A stretch of 63,904 nt of DNA, the filler included, from Collodictyon triciliatum (lineage: Eukaryota): the NCBI GenBank assembly GCA_043381765.1. It is 8 parts of 8 records of this genome, joined end to end, with 100 filler letters (N's around TTAATTAATTAA, not from the genome) between each part and the next. Parts side by side here need not be neighbours in the genome. Positions count along the whole stretch, not along the records: positions 61,886 to 63,904 come from JBHJMP010002774.1; 7 more parts are not named here. One strand, given 5' to 3'. The first letter of the stretch is position 1. Each line of letters opens with the position of its first letter. The notes under the pieces were generated by a model. That model saw nothing but the letters and a program-made list of their open reading frames with translations. It had not been told where the DNA came from and searched no databases. Both the position numbers and the translations under genes were made by a program. Shown piece by piece: positions 63,830 through 63,904 of this stretch.

Positions 63830-63904
63830 ATTCAAATATTAGAGTTACCTATTGTATACTTGCGGGCCACGTGAGAGACATCTTCACTCAGAGTGAATCC
63901 ACCA

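Noticed and set aside
1-63904. Genome-wide stop-codon reassignment
   Set aside because: Conserved genes have no internal stops and end at TAA (TPK, eIF3g, INO80B), TAG (kinase, uL15m) or TGA (thiolase)

Overview
AT-rich, intron-dense nuclear DNA from a microbial eukaryote. It is about 8 unrelated contigs/scaffolds (mostly ~10 kb) joined by artificial N-TTAATTAATTAA-N spacers, so adjacency across spacers means nothing. Manual exon stitching gives: a VPS13-family gene (C-terminal half, with an inserted DysF domain), a Q/P-rich gene, a tandem (DCX + CHORD-like zinc finger)x2 gene, a divergent mitochondrial thiolase, a TKL-like kinase with a SAM-like tail, a coiled-coil gene with 35-aa repeats, uL15m, thiamine pyrophosphokinase, tRNA-Phe, tRNA-Gly, eIF3g, a dynamin-related GTPase, an F-box/LRR protein, INO80B, a myristoylation-motif double-RING protein, a degenerate PlsC-like acyltransferase and a TmcB-like membrane protein. 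The best find is a 3-nt micro-exon (13865-13867) flanked by two minor-spliceosome (U12-type) introns, one GT-AG and one AT-AC; it is needed to rebuild a zinc-finger motif. All gene models are by-eye inferences without transcript or database support.
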